From Octopus sinensis (Eukaryota): a stretch of 64,000 nt of DNA. Positions 25,867-38,450 of this stretch are shown piece by piece. Made by a program: the position numbers and the translations under genes. A model generated the notes under the pieces. The model saw nothing but the letters and a program-made list of their open reading frames with translations. It made no database searches and had not been told where the DNA came from. Where the stretch lies: NCBI RefSeq assembly GCF_006345805.1, contig NC_043019.1, positions 16,491,360 to 16,555,359 on the forward strand. The letters are read 5' to 3'. Every line of letters begins with the position of its first letter. Within the stretch, counting starts at the first letter, position 1.

Positions 25867-26403
25867 TATAATAAAAAGGGTAAATAATTTTTTCATGGTT
25901 CTTTAGACAACCAACAATTATTTACCAGTAAATTTCGGTATGTAAATATGACTTTTAGCGTCAGGAACTTCTGTAGAGTTCAGTATACATAGTAAATATA
26001 ATTAAAAGGGCAGGCAACAGGTTGCTCTGCTGCATACTGAAAGAATTAGAAATGGCAGCAAGTAATTGTTGGTTGTCTAAAATTTACCCTTTTTATTATA
26101 TTACCATTTGGATTTCTTACTCCATTGCGATTATCCCATAGCAGAATTTTGGAGGGAAAATTTACGGTCCCAGTCGTTTGCTTAGTTTTAACCTATGCAC
26201 ACTTCCCCCCACTATCTGATGACGCCTGGTCAGAGGTGGAGGCTGATGGCATTTGATAAATCTATCGAATATGGTGCTGACGAAAGAAATTAGGCAATTT
26301 CTCGCCTACGATCTAGAAACATGTTCGCCATTAACAGTAAGAGATTGTTTTCGGGGACGTGAAACTCAGAGTAACAGGTTTTGTTGAATTTTCCACTGCT
26401 TTA
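25867..26403 (+). mobile_element. Penelope-like element relic with inverted segments and hammerhead-like motifs
   Basis: Inverted repeat 25867-25920 / 26063-26100, CTGACGA...GAAAC motif, and a 3' block GAAACTCAGAGTAACAGG...TAAATAAAGCAT shared with 45479-45588. Family assignment is inference. Confidence 0.55.
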
Positions 26404-26775
26404 AATAAAGCATATATATATATATATACATACATATACACACATATACATATACATACATATACATATATACATATATATATATATACATATATATATA
26501 TACATATATACATATATATATACATACATATATACATATATATATACATACATATATACATATATATATACATACATACATATATACATACATACATATA
26601 TACATACATATATATATACATACATATACATATATATATATACATACATATATATACAAACATATACATACATATATACATACATATATACATACATATA
26701 TACATACATATATACATACATATATACATACATATATACATCATATATACATACATATATACATACATATATATA

Positions 26776-26812
<37 letters not shown>
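26403..26812. repeat. (TA)n/(TACA)n microsatellite
   Basis: Directly visible. Confidence 0.95.
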
Positions 26813-26815
<3 letters not shown>

Positions 26816-27927
26816 GATAGTTTCCGTTACCTAGGTGACCAAGTCAGCAGCGGGGGCGGGTGTGCTGAAAGTGTAACTGCTAGAGTAAGAATAGCTTGGG
26901 CAAAGTTCAGAGAGTTCTTACCTCTGCTGGTGACAAAAGGCCTCTCGCACAGAGTGAAAGGCAGACTGTATGATGCGTGTGTACGAACAGCCATGCTACA
27001 TGGCAGTGAAACATGGGCCGTGACTGCTGAGGATATGCGTAATCTCGCAAGAAATGAAGCCAGTATGCTCCGATGAATGTGTAATGTCAGTACTCATACT
27101 CGGCAGAGTGTAAGTACCTTGAGAGAAAAGCTGGACCTAAGAAGCATCAGTTGTGGTGTGCAAGAGAGACATTTGCGCTGGTATGGTCATGTGGCGAGAA
27201 TGGATGAAGATAGTTGTGTGAAAAAGTGCCACACCCTAGCTGTTGAGGGAACCTGCAGAAGAGGCAGACCCAGGAAAACCTGGGACGAGGTGATGAAGCA
27301 CAACCTTCGAACTTTAGGTCTCACTGAGGAAATGACTAGAGACCGAGACCTCTGGAAGTGTGCTGTGCGCGAGAAGACCCGGCAGGACAAGTGAGTCCAT
27401 AACCCATGGCCCTCTACATGGGATGGAGCCAGCCTACGTATGCATACCTTCCCTTCTTGGGACACAAAACTCTACTTGTGAAGACCTGTTGAGGCAAGTG
27501 AGGATCAGAATTGAAATCGATCGATGGAAATTGTAGATGTGTTACCAGTGCCGGTGGCATGTAAGAGAACCTTCCGTTTCGCGACCGTTGCCAGCACCGC
27601 CCCGACTGGCCTCGTGCCGATGGCACGTAAAAAACACCATCCGTTCGTGTCCGTTGCCAGCTTCGCCTGGCCCTCGTGCTGGTGGCACATAAAAAAGCAC
27701 CATCCGTTCATGGCCGTTTGCCAGCTCTGTCTGGTACCTGTGCGGGTGGCACGTAAAAAGCACCCACTACACTCACGGAGTGGTTGGCGTTAGGAAGGGC
27801 ATCCAGCCGTAGAAACACTGCCAGATTTGACTGGGCCTGATGAAGCCTTCTGGCTTCACAGACCCCAGTAGAACCGTCCAACCCATGCTAGCATGGAAAA
27901 CGGATGCTAAACGATGATGATGATGAT
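26811..27927 (+). mobile_element. 5'-truncated RTE-clade LINE (ORF C-terminus, 3'UTR with tandem units, (GAT)n tail)
   Basis: VDSFRYLG...RIAWAKFRE...MLHGSETW...LRWYGHVARM...RGRPRKTW with an internal stop, ending AAACGATGATGATG. Confidence 0.92.
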
Positions 27928-29366
27928 ATATATATATATATATAAAAGAAGGTTTGGAAATGCAATTTTAAAAGATGTTTATTTACTTTACCAGTTTCAC
28001 TTTTTAGAAAAAGATTGTCAAAAGTAACATGTAAAAGTTTGGTTGTGTTTATTATTGGTTGTCACAAAATGTTATATATATACACTCACATATATATATC
28101 TATATACATATATACACATATATACATACATATGCATATATGTATATATACACATATATACATATGTACATATACATATATATATATACTTATACACACA
28201 CATATATATATATCCAGTCTTTGCCATGATAAATCGCTAGCCTCTACACATTCTTTATTTTCTCTCCTTGTTTCTTTCTGTGGAAGAGCATAGGCTCGAA
28301 ACGTTAAAGACTAGGGGATCATAGAGTGACCCACTGTTCTTGAGAAGACCTATTGAGTCAAGTACGTTAACACCAACATCAAATGAAAATAGTAGTTAAG
28401 ACACCCGTGCCGGTGACACGTTAGAAGAAAAGCACCGCCCGAACTTGGCAGATGCCAGCGCCGCCTGACTGACGTCCATGTCAGTGACACGTAAAAGCAC
28501 CAACCGACCGTGGCCGTTTGTGAGTCTCCTCTGGCCCCTGTGCCAGTGGCATGTAAAAAGCACCCACCGCACTCATATGGAGTGGTTGGCGTTAGGAAGG
28601 GCATCCAGCTCTAGAAACACTGCCAGATCAGACTGGTGCCTGATGCAGCCTCCTGGCTTGCCAGACCCCAGTTGAACCGTCCAACCCATGCTAGCATGGA
28701 AAACAGACATTAAACAATGATGATGATGTATATATATATGTATTTATATATACACTCTCAGAGTGGTTGGCGCTAGGAAGGGCATCCAGCTGTGGAAACC
28801 GTGCCAGATCGGATTGGAGCCTGGTGCAGCATTCTAGCTCCCCAGCCCACAGTCAATCCGCCCAACCCATGCCAGCATGGAAAGCGGACGTTAAACGGTG
28901 ATGATGATGATGATATAGATAAAACTTACTTGGAAGAGGATGCGTGGCGTTTAATCATATAATAATATAAATAACATATATGCATATATACAGGCGTATA
29001 TGTACATACTTACATCTACATGCATATATATGCGTATGTGGGCACAGGACGTCATGAAACGTGTTGAACAAAAAAATACGAAGTACGAGTACATGGAATA
29101 TGAACTATTTTTTCGAACATATATACACATATATACATGCATATATATGTCTGTCTGAAACTCAATTTCACTCAAATTTTATACACGCCTTACTTAGGGT
29201 CATGGGCCCAAAAAAAATTTCAACTTCTTGCCTAATGCAAACTCAAAGTAATCTCTTATCTCTTACAATATTTCAGTATTACGTGTCAAAAGCGAAACAA
29301 TAACATCTCTATTGTAATGTGAGATGCTTTCAGTTTAATACTTTCACTATTAAAGTGAAACTATTA

Positions 29367-29433
<67 letters not shown>

Positions 29434-29461
29434 TACATATATATGTGTGTGTACAGATGTA

Positions 29462-29505
<44 letters not shown>

Positions 29506-29549
29506 TATATATATATACACATGTATATATATATATATACATATTATTA

Positions 29550-29692
29550 TTATATTATATTGAGGGTACTACTATTCATAGATACCAACATGCTAAGAGG
29601 GACCAATGCGGTCAAAACTAGTAGTTTTGACCGCATTGGTCCCTCTTAGCGTGTTGGTATCTATGAATAGTAGTACCCTCAATATAATATAA
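29550..29692. repeat. Near-perfect palindrome, 71-bp arms
   Basis: 29550-29620 pairs with 29622-29692, with a 1-nt centre and one mismatch seen. Confidence 0.95.
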
Positions 29693-30686
29693 ATGAATAT
29701 TTTCAAAGAGGAAGAATTTACGGATTTTTTCTCTTACGAGGTTTTTCACGCTGACTACTGATAATTTCTTTTAAAGATTTTATCCTCAATTGTTAATATA
29801 TATATACATACATACACACACACATATATACATTTATGTATTGTTTTCACATGTGAAATCATGTGTTATAACAGATATTGTTATATTTGGGGATGGTCAT
29901 TTTCTTTTCTTGCCAAATAAACACACACACAGTATATTCATTCTTCACATCAGGTTTATTATTATTGTTATTTTCTGTCCTTTGTCTAGAAATCTTTCGT
30001 CACACATTCCGTCACCTCTTCACCAAACGAAAGATTTTCAGACAAAATAAAAAACAAGACTAATAATAAATCTGAAGTGAAGAACGAATATACAGTGCGT
30101 GTATTTGGCATAAAAAATGACCGTCCCAAAATATAACATTGCACACACACACAGACGAGTAGTCAAACGAAAGAAAGAGGCACTAAACACACTTCGTAGT
30201 TACATATATTATTCGGCCACCTGGGCTCGACTAAGTTTCTATAAGAAACCCATGAAGTTTTAAGTTGCACGGGGCCAAATCAAATTGTTTTAAATAATAA
30301 TCCTTTCTACTAAAGGCACAAGGCCTGAAATCTGGGGGAGTGGGATGGTCGATTACATCGATCCTAGAACGTAACTTAATTTATTGACCCCGAAAGGGTG
30401 GATGAAAAACGAAGTCGACCTCGGCGAAATTTGAACTCAGGACGTCAAGGCGGAAGTAGACGATAGCAGAGACTGAAGTACTTGCAGAGTTTTATGTTTA
30501 AGGAAGGTGTAAGATGTAAAGGTGGGGGGCGAGAAAGGAAAGCTGACAACAAAAATGAGCAAATTCTTTCGTCTGGTCACAAACACACAAATGCATTGTA
30601 AACATAGAGACGTATATTTACAAATAGATGTAAAAACAAACGCACCCATTACTGTACTCATTCAGTGTGTCCTGAAAAATACTTAC

Positions 30687-30805
30687 ATTGGATCTGATTC
30701 ACGCCATTTTGTAACAACAGAAAAAAGTGAAGTACAACCAGTGCGTGTTTTAACAGGACCGAACGACCCTCGCAAAGTACAACTACGTCAACACAAAGGG
30801 AAACA
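30687..30805 (-). other. Candidate non-coding first exon B of TUT4/7 (5' end approximate)
   Basis: CpG-containing unique sequence, AAAATGGCG motif at 30710-30702, donor AAT|gtaagt. Confidence 0.5.
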
Positions 30806-30822
30806 TGTATGTGTGTGTGTGT

Positions 30823-30854
<32 letters not shown>

Positions 30855-32453
30855 AAGAGAAGGGAGGCACGTATTCAGAAATGTAAAAGTTCCAATCGAA
30901 ATCACTTTCGATTTCTTTGATCGATTGCCACTTTCTTATCTGCCAGTGTGGGCTGAACGCTTGTGTACGTGTAGAGTCAAAAATAAAGGAGACGGTCAAC
31001 AAGAAGAAGAGGAATGAGGAGGGTTTCTTTCAAGTTTCTAATATTGGCAGAAGTACAGAAATATTTTGGCGGTTAAAGAATTATTAAGTAAATCGAATCA
31101 TTTGCTGGTTGAATTCAATCATCTAAATTCCCTCGTCAGAGGGAGTTAAGCTGGAGTTATTGATTGAACCCTCTAGGGATTCGATAACCCCTCTAGATAT
31201 GATCTTCGTTTGCTCGTACTAAAAGAAACCTACTTCGGTATCACAGCGTTTCCACCTTTCCAACTTATTCACAACAATCAAGCAAGGGAACCGCCAAGAG
31301 GTCGATCGACCTATTAGAAATAGCAGTCAAATTTTCTTCACGTATATTCTATCATTTTAAAAATAATATTATAAAGAGGGAAGTGGGCAGATTGGACACT
31401 GTTGTCTTGGAGATGCAAAAACATGGGATGGTTACGCCTAGATCATTAGATCTCCACGACAAGGGCCGATCTGGAGCCGAGAAAGATTTCTTCTGTTAAG
31501 GTACAAGTCAGTTATTTATAAGGGACATACATTTGTTACAAGTGATATCAAGACATTACTGGGACTAATTCTATCGATCGATCAGGAACAGTCGATTTTC
31601 AAACTGGAGTTTAATAATAGTAATCGGAATACTTTCAGATAAGTTTTTTTTTTTTTAACCACCAAAGATTGACGAAAGCAACGAGGATGGCACAGGACGA
31701 TAAAGGCATACATTTTGGGGGAAGGCATAGATCAAACCCCCTTCCCATTAATAGACTGGTATTTTATTTTTATTAACTAGAAGTTAAAAAAAAAAACAAA
31801 GTCCACATCAAGACAGGACTTGAACAGGAAAGAGACTCGGAGAAGACAAAATTGAAACTAAATAAACAGACGAAACAACAATCACAAACAACTCGAAACA
31901 AAATAAGGAAAAATATAAAAGCATTGTTAAAATGCAACAAACTACGATTCTCACAGCACACACACACATATATATATACACATATATATATACACACACA
32001 CACACAAATATATATATATTATATATATATATATAATATATATATATATATTATATATATATTATATATACATACACAGTCACAAATATGCATATTTTTC
32101 AGATATATATACATAAACAATTGTATTTATGCATAATATATATTATAATTGTTTACGTAGACGTAGACTGATGTGTGTATATAAACATACATACACATAC
32201 GTGTGTGCGTGTGCATGCATGTATGTATGTGTGCGTGCGTGTATTTAAATCTATCGACACAACTTGTATACATATTTACATATACACACACCTACGCCTA
32301 AAATTAAAACACATTCCTTAGGAATCGATCATTTGTCTCTTTTCTGTGATTCTTCTTTCCGATTTTTTTGTGTTTTTTGATCAGTTTGAAGCAAAAGTTG
32401 GAGAGATGGTGTAAAAATAACGGTCGAGAAGTGAGATTATAAACAATATTTAC

Positions 32454-32570
32454 GTGACGACGATCAGCACACAGCAGGACGACGCCATATTGGTGAAGGC
32501 GATAGTAGCAACGGGAAGTCGGCTCGGGCGGCGCGGCACGCAGGCGTGCAAGCAACCTCGGTCGAGTGAG
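32454..32570 (-). other. Candidate first exon A of TUT4/7 (5' end approximate)
   Basis: Strongly GC/CpG-rich patch, AATATGGCG motif with ATG at 32488, donor CAC|gtaaat. Confidence 0.5.
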
Positions 32571-33984
32571 AGAGAGGATGGGTGAATGAGTGTGAGTGGA
32601 TGCGTGGCTGAGTAAGGGGATAGAGTGAGTAATAAAGGAAGACGGAGGAGGGCAAACCGAGTGGGAGGAGGAGGTGAAAGAAATGAAGGGAAACAGTTAA
32701 GTGGAGGATGAGGAGAATGAGTTTGAGTGAAAGAGAAAGAGTGAGCTACGTATAAAGGAATGGGAGGGAGAGAGTGTGTGTGAGTCAATGGCAATTTTGG
32801 AAGATAAGAAAGAAAACAAGGTGAAAGGCAATGAAAATACATTAAAATTTTCAGAAATAAAAAGAGTGTGTCAAGGAAAGTGATAGAGTACAGTAGAAGT
32901 ACAAGAAATGTGAGTAGAAGGGAAAAAAAATCAAAGTCTACAAGAGAGAGAGAGAGTGAGTGAGAGTTAATAAAAGGGTTAAGAATGAAAGAGGAGAATG
33001 TAAATAAGGAGTGGGGAAAAGAGTAGGGGAAGAAAGTGTATGTAGCTAGGGAGATGATATGGGGGAACAAAGAGAGGTAATGTTACGGAGTTATTAAAGG
33101 GACGGGAAAATTAGAAGTACATGAGTGACGGAGAGAATAGATGAAAAGAAAAGAAACAGAAGAAACTTGAAGAGATTAAAGCGGGGAACAAAGAAGATGA
33201 GGGATTAAGGAAACGAGAATATATGTAAGCAAAAGAGAGGAGGAGGATCAAAGAGAAAAAAAGATATAAAGATTATTAATAGAAGTGAAAGTTGAGGATT
33301 ATTATTTAGAAAATATGAAAAGAGGACGGAGGGAAAATGAAGACAGCGGGGGGAATGGAATAGGGATAAGAAATTATTAAAGAGATTTTTTAAATAAAAG
33401 AGACAAGAGAAAAAAAAGGGGAATGAGTGAAAAGAATAAAGAGTGATGAGAGAAAAGTTTAAAATACCATCACTCACACTCATTTTAACACATCACTCAT
33501 AAAGAGTGAGAGAGACAAAACAAGGAAATATATATTATTGAGGTGGGAGGCTGAACAAGAAGTAGGGCTCGTAACTTCTTGTGTGGGGAAATGTACAGTT
33601 AAGAAGAAAAAGAAGTCACGAAGAAGAGTAGGAGGCGGAGTAGACAAGTCAATGCATCCAGAGGAATTTGTGTGGATGAGAGGTTGGATGGATGTGGGGA
33701 GAAACAGGGGGCGTAACTCGGCAATCAAGGGGCACGACTCAGGGAGATTAATCTGTGGTGTTGGGGATTATTTAAAATATATTGAAGGGGGACGGGCTAA
33801 GTAAAAATTAATTAGGAAAACAAAGGAAAATGAGCAAATTATAATAACAAATGAAAAATCAAACAACAAAATGTGGAAAAGATGCAAACTCATTATTCAT
33901 TCTTCTGCAAAACGTTTAATCATTAAAAAAAAAAAGATAGAAAATAAAAATATCATAATAACTCAATTAAGAAATAAATAGTAT

Positions 33985-34025
<41 letters not shown>

Positions 34026-34400
34026 TGGGGGTGAAACTATAAAAACTAAATTTCTCATAAAAGTCTCGTATGAACGTTAATTACATTGAACGAGAACTGG
34101 TGTCGCGTTGGCTAATCGAGTATGAAAAGCCAGTCACAGGAAAAGAGAATTGTTGGTCGGAATGGGCTGTAATGGTAAATTAATATAAAACGAACACAAA
34201 ACAAATATTAGTGCTATATTTACATATGTATATATGTTGTTTTTGTATTGACGTAGATTTCTGTTAGAGAAAGAGAAAAATAGTACGGCAGTTTTATACT
34301 AAAAGCGGACAAAGATAGAAATAGATAAAGAAAAAGAGAAGTAGACGTTGAGAGAGGGAGTGAGTGTGTGAGAGTGCGTGAGTAGGGGTAAGAGTAGAGT
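32571..34400. promoter_or_regulatory. Putative divergent promoter region between TUT4/7 and REXO1
   Basis: Free of the SINEs seen elsewhere, flanked by CpG-retaining patches, and lying between oppositely oriented first exons. Transcription start sites are not identifiable. Confidence 0.45.
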
Positions 34401-34701
34401 TGTAAAGGTGTTGCAGCGACCACCTCACTTGCAAGTCGAGCGACATGTTTGTCTGACTATGGCTGCCCGTCGAGAGACATTGATTGCAATTTTGGTCTAC
34501 ATTTGGCCAAGTTGACCATGTCTCAGCGAAACAAGCAGCTACAGCAAAAGCAGAAAGACAGCCAGAGCACAACCATAAACGAAAAGACAGGGTGAGAGAT
34601 AGCTATAGACATAAGAGACATATTATAAAAGAGAAAGAAAAAAAAGGCTACGACTAGAGAGAGAGGAAAAAAAAGGAGAGAGAAAAACCACAGATGAAAA
34701 C

Positions 34702-34816
34702 ATGTTCCCCTCGTCCGGGTATTTCCGTGGTTTAGACTGCCCTTTTTATGCCAGTGGCCTGTGTGAGAGACCTTACTGCCACTATAAACATTCGAAGCAA
34801 CCACCAACGGATAAAG
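34702..34816 (+). CDS. REXO1: REXO1 (RNA exonuclease 1 homolog) first coding exon
   Basis: MFPSSGYFRGLDCPFYASGLCERPYCHYKH matches the CCCH-type N-terminus of REXO1 (human MLRSTGFFRAIDCPYW...CRRPYCHFRH). Donor AAAG|gtaaag, phase 1. Confidence 0.88.
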
Positions 34817-37800
34817 GTAAAGACAACAAACCCAAACTCATCCTCAAAATATATAATTATTCCTCAACCACAAAGTGCTCTGATAAATACATGCATACAG
34901 AACATATATATATATATGTTGCATGTATGTGCTTGAAGGTTGCATATACGCGTGTGTGTGTGGGTATATATATATATATATATATATATTTGTGTGTGTG
35001 TGGTGTGTATGTCTGTGGAATATATTGGAGTGTGAAGTAATTGGTGAGTTCATCTCTGCGTGTGTCATTGATGTGTATCGTTTGTTGATGTTGATGTCTG
35101 CCGTGTGTTTATGTGCGTCGTGAGTGGAGTTTGGAGAATGTTTACGTGTTTTCGGTGCTGCGTATATACTGCCTTACCTTATGATGTTTATATATATATA
35201 CGCTCTTGCCACATATATGCATACATACACACACACACGCATACAATATATAATCGGCAGAAGTTAGAGTGACTCAAGGTCCGAAAGTTTCGTACGTTTG
35301 CACTTATCAAACGCACGAAACTCGCGACCCTTGAATCACCAAATTCTGCCGATTATATATATATATACATGTTTGAGCTCTTTTTTTGTTTGTTTTTGCC
35401 TTACCAAGCCTGTCTATAGAGATAGGCTGTTTTGTTTATCTTGCACTATTATTGTATGTATATTCATGAAATCGCTGTTATAAAGGATGCGTTTTTGACA
35501 AATATATTTGAAACTGAAATGAGTGTATGTTTTATATATGTATGTGTATATATGACCTTCTTTTTAGTGTGTATATAAGTAAATATATGTGACTGACAGC
35601 TCCAGGAATCTGCACTCGAATGATGCATCATTTGCGTGCATCGTTTTATGAATTGAGTCTCATAAAAGGCATTTGGTGATGCATTTTATACCAATTCCCC
35701 TGTCGAGCCGTCACCTCTCCTATTTACTTCTTCGCTTCCATCGTCATCATTTCATCATCACCATAATGAAATGCTGAATATTTTATTCTCGGCTTACGCC
35801 CTCACTATCATCACCTCCACCGCCACTATAACTTGCAGACCATCCCCGCCATTTCTCATCATCATTACCACCAGCAGCATCGTATAATTTTTTTTCTTCT
35901 TCCCCAATCCCCACCAATCCACCCGAGTATATCTCGGTGCTGGAAGAGAGACACGACGAGGGCGGGGCAAAAGAAGAATAAACACAGCTGAAAGGGGTAG
36001 GTCGCTGTAGGGTTCGATCGATCGATTAATAATCAGCTAGCCGAGTTGTCTCGTATCATTCCCAGGGCAAGTTTCCACGCCTTGTTTGTTGTTTAGCCCC
36101 AGGTCAGTTCTGATCAATGAAAAGCATTGCAGCCGTAAGCAAGTATGTCCCTTTTATTTTTTGGCAAGTATATTTGTACTCTGAACGATATTATGAAAAG
36201 TGTCTCTTTTATTTTTACGACAGTGGGATATGGTTTGAGGGAGTTGCTTACTACTTTTAGCTAGTCGAACAACCGTGTAGAGAGGTTCCTTCGTTTGCTC
36301 CTATAAGGAATATTTGTTCTTGTTTTAAGTTAGTCGTTGTTTGTTTTCTTATTTATAATCCCACCCTTAACACCCGACGACACATGCACGCGTGTGAACC
36401 ACGTAACCATCGTTTTGACGTTTCTGTAGCCATGCGGCCAACAATAAACCTGTCACACATTTTGCTTGCAGAATGACATTTCTCTGTGCATCTCAAATGT
36501 GACATCTCGTCCGAGTCAAGTCAACTCTCTCTCTCTCCTTCTCACTTCACACCTCACTTAACAACAATTCTGTTAGTGTTCCTTGGTTGATATGCCTACC
36601 TGGACAGCAGCACCTATTTAGTCTCTGCGTTTCAAACCATACTTTCTTTGTGTGTGTTGTTGCTTTTGGGGTTCTTTTTTTTTTTTCCACTTGAGTATCA
36701 TATATTTATCTATTTGCCTTTTCATCACGCGCCTGCCCATCACTGAAAATGCAAACTTTCTCTCCCGCATGCATCAGTGGGATTACCTCCTTCACACCTA
36801 ATTTCGCTTTTTTGTTGCCTACTTGGGATGAAAATCGCCGTTATTTATACATCACTTGCTTTCGATTCCATTACTAATTTACGACATATATATCTAGGCA
36901 ACGAAATTTATCCCAGCCAAACATCCGAGTTGTCCGCATATTTGAGTTGATGCTTTTCTTCATAGTGTTTACTATTCCAGTACGTTTGATTAATTTCAAG
37001 TCTTCTGCAGATCAGGGTGTACCTGTCGTTGAACCGACAACAGAAATACTAAAGGTTTTGCCAATTTCGCTTTCATACCTTTGAGTTTTCTGTGACTTCT
37101 GCTACCGAGCGAGTATATTTATCTAAGACAAACGTACTGGCCATGTTCACCTTGAAATCTTTTGACTCAAGCTGAAGTTTCTTGCTGCTGGTGTTTATCG
37201 ACAGCTTCTACATTAGAAACACCCGATTTGCTGCAGTACAAACAATATAGTCTTGAATACAATGCGATCTTATCCCTTATACGTAACCCTTTTGTACAGA
37301 AGAATCGGTATCTTTTTTACTCGTTGGTGCGCTGCGTTGAAGGGTTTTAGTTGAACAAATCGACCACGGGACTTTTGAAGTCTGCTGCTTATTTCTTCCA
37401 GCTCCTTTTTACCGAACAGCTCAGTTACGGGAACGTTAACACACCAACAAGGGTTATCAAAAGGCGGTGGGGAACAAACAAGCGAAAAAGCATACAAACA
37501 TGCATGCATTTATATACATATGTGTGTGTGTGTGTGTGTGTGTCTGTAATGGGCTGCTACTCTGGTTCTGTCTACCAAATTCACTCACAAGGCATTTGTC
37601 GGCCACGAGCTATAGTATAAGATACTTGCCCAGGGTGCAATGCAGTGGAACTGAACCTGCAACCATGTGGCTGCAAAGCAGGCTTCTTAACCACCCAACC
37701 ATAGCTGCACCTATTATTATTTAAATTGTTCTCGTGTTATAAGCAAATACATGTGCATACAGTTTGTCATTTTGATTCGGTCTTTGAATCAGGTGGAGAA

Positions 37801-38195
37801 GGACCAAGAAAAGAGAGGTGTTCGTTGATATCTTCCACATTTCGTACAGTTTAGTCAGATTTGATCTTCCTTTTAAACACCCTTGTATAGGTGGGTTGTG
37901 AATTTAAAATAGGTTGCAGGCAATTTGTTGTCTTTAGGGAGGAAAAATAAGACCCATATTTTATCAAAATTCTATTGGTCCTTTTAGCTGTCTGACAGGT
38001 GTCAAAGGGCCACTTGGATTGGGTTTTTTGTTTTCTTTCATTTTTTTTTTACTTTGGTGAATAGCACCAATTGACTGTTTTTAGGATGTAAGACTGGTGG
38101 GAGGAAATTATCCTCAGATCAGAGACCTATCTTGGATGCTTGTAATACAGTAGACTCTGCTAAAGACACCCAAAATTCAAGTACTTGTGTTGAAC

Positions 38196-38450
38196 CAGTG
38201 CTTCTTAACAGGAGTCCACATGACCCTTGGGGGTCCTTATAAGATTCAGTTGTTATAAATTATGTGCAATAAATTGATTATATTTGTACAATAAACAAAA
38301 TATTTTAACAATTTTTTATACAATCCCTAATAATTATAAAAATATAATGGAATTTCTTAAATATCCCATGGCTTTGGGGGTCCAATAGATTTTAATAAGA
38401 ATCTGAGGGGTCCATAGATAAAAAAAATTAAAAAGGGTTGAGAACCACCG
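38196..38450. mobile_element. hAT/Charlie-like MITE
   Basis: TIRs CAGTGCTTCTTAAC / GTTGAGAACCACCG, with an imperfect 8-bp TSD TGTTGAAC / TGTTAAAG. Confidence 0.75.

Noticed and set aside
26216-26270. Second CTGATGA hammerhead core
   Set aside because: No matching stem II, GAAA or stem I could be assembled.
30522-30824. 100-aa plus-strand ORF in unique sequence
   Set aside because: No recognisable domain, it ends in a GT repeat, and the region is better explained as a minus-strand first exon.
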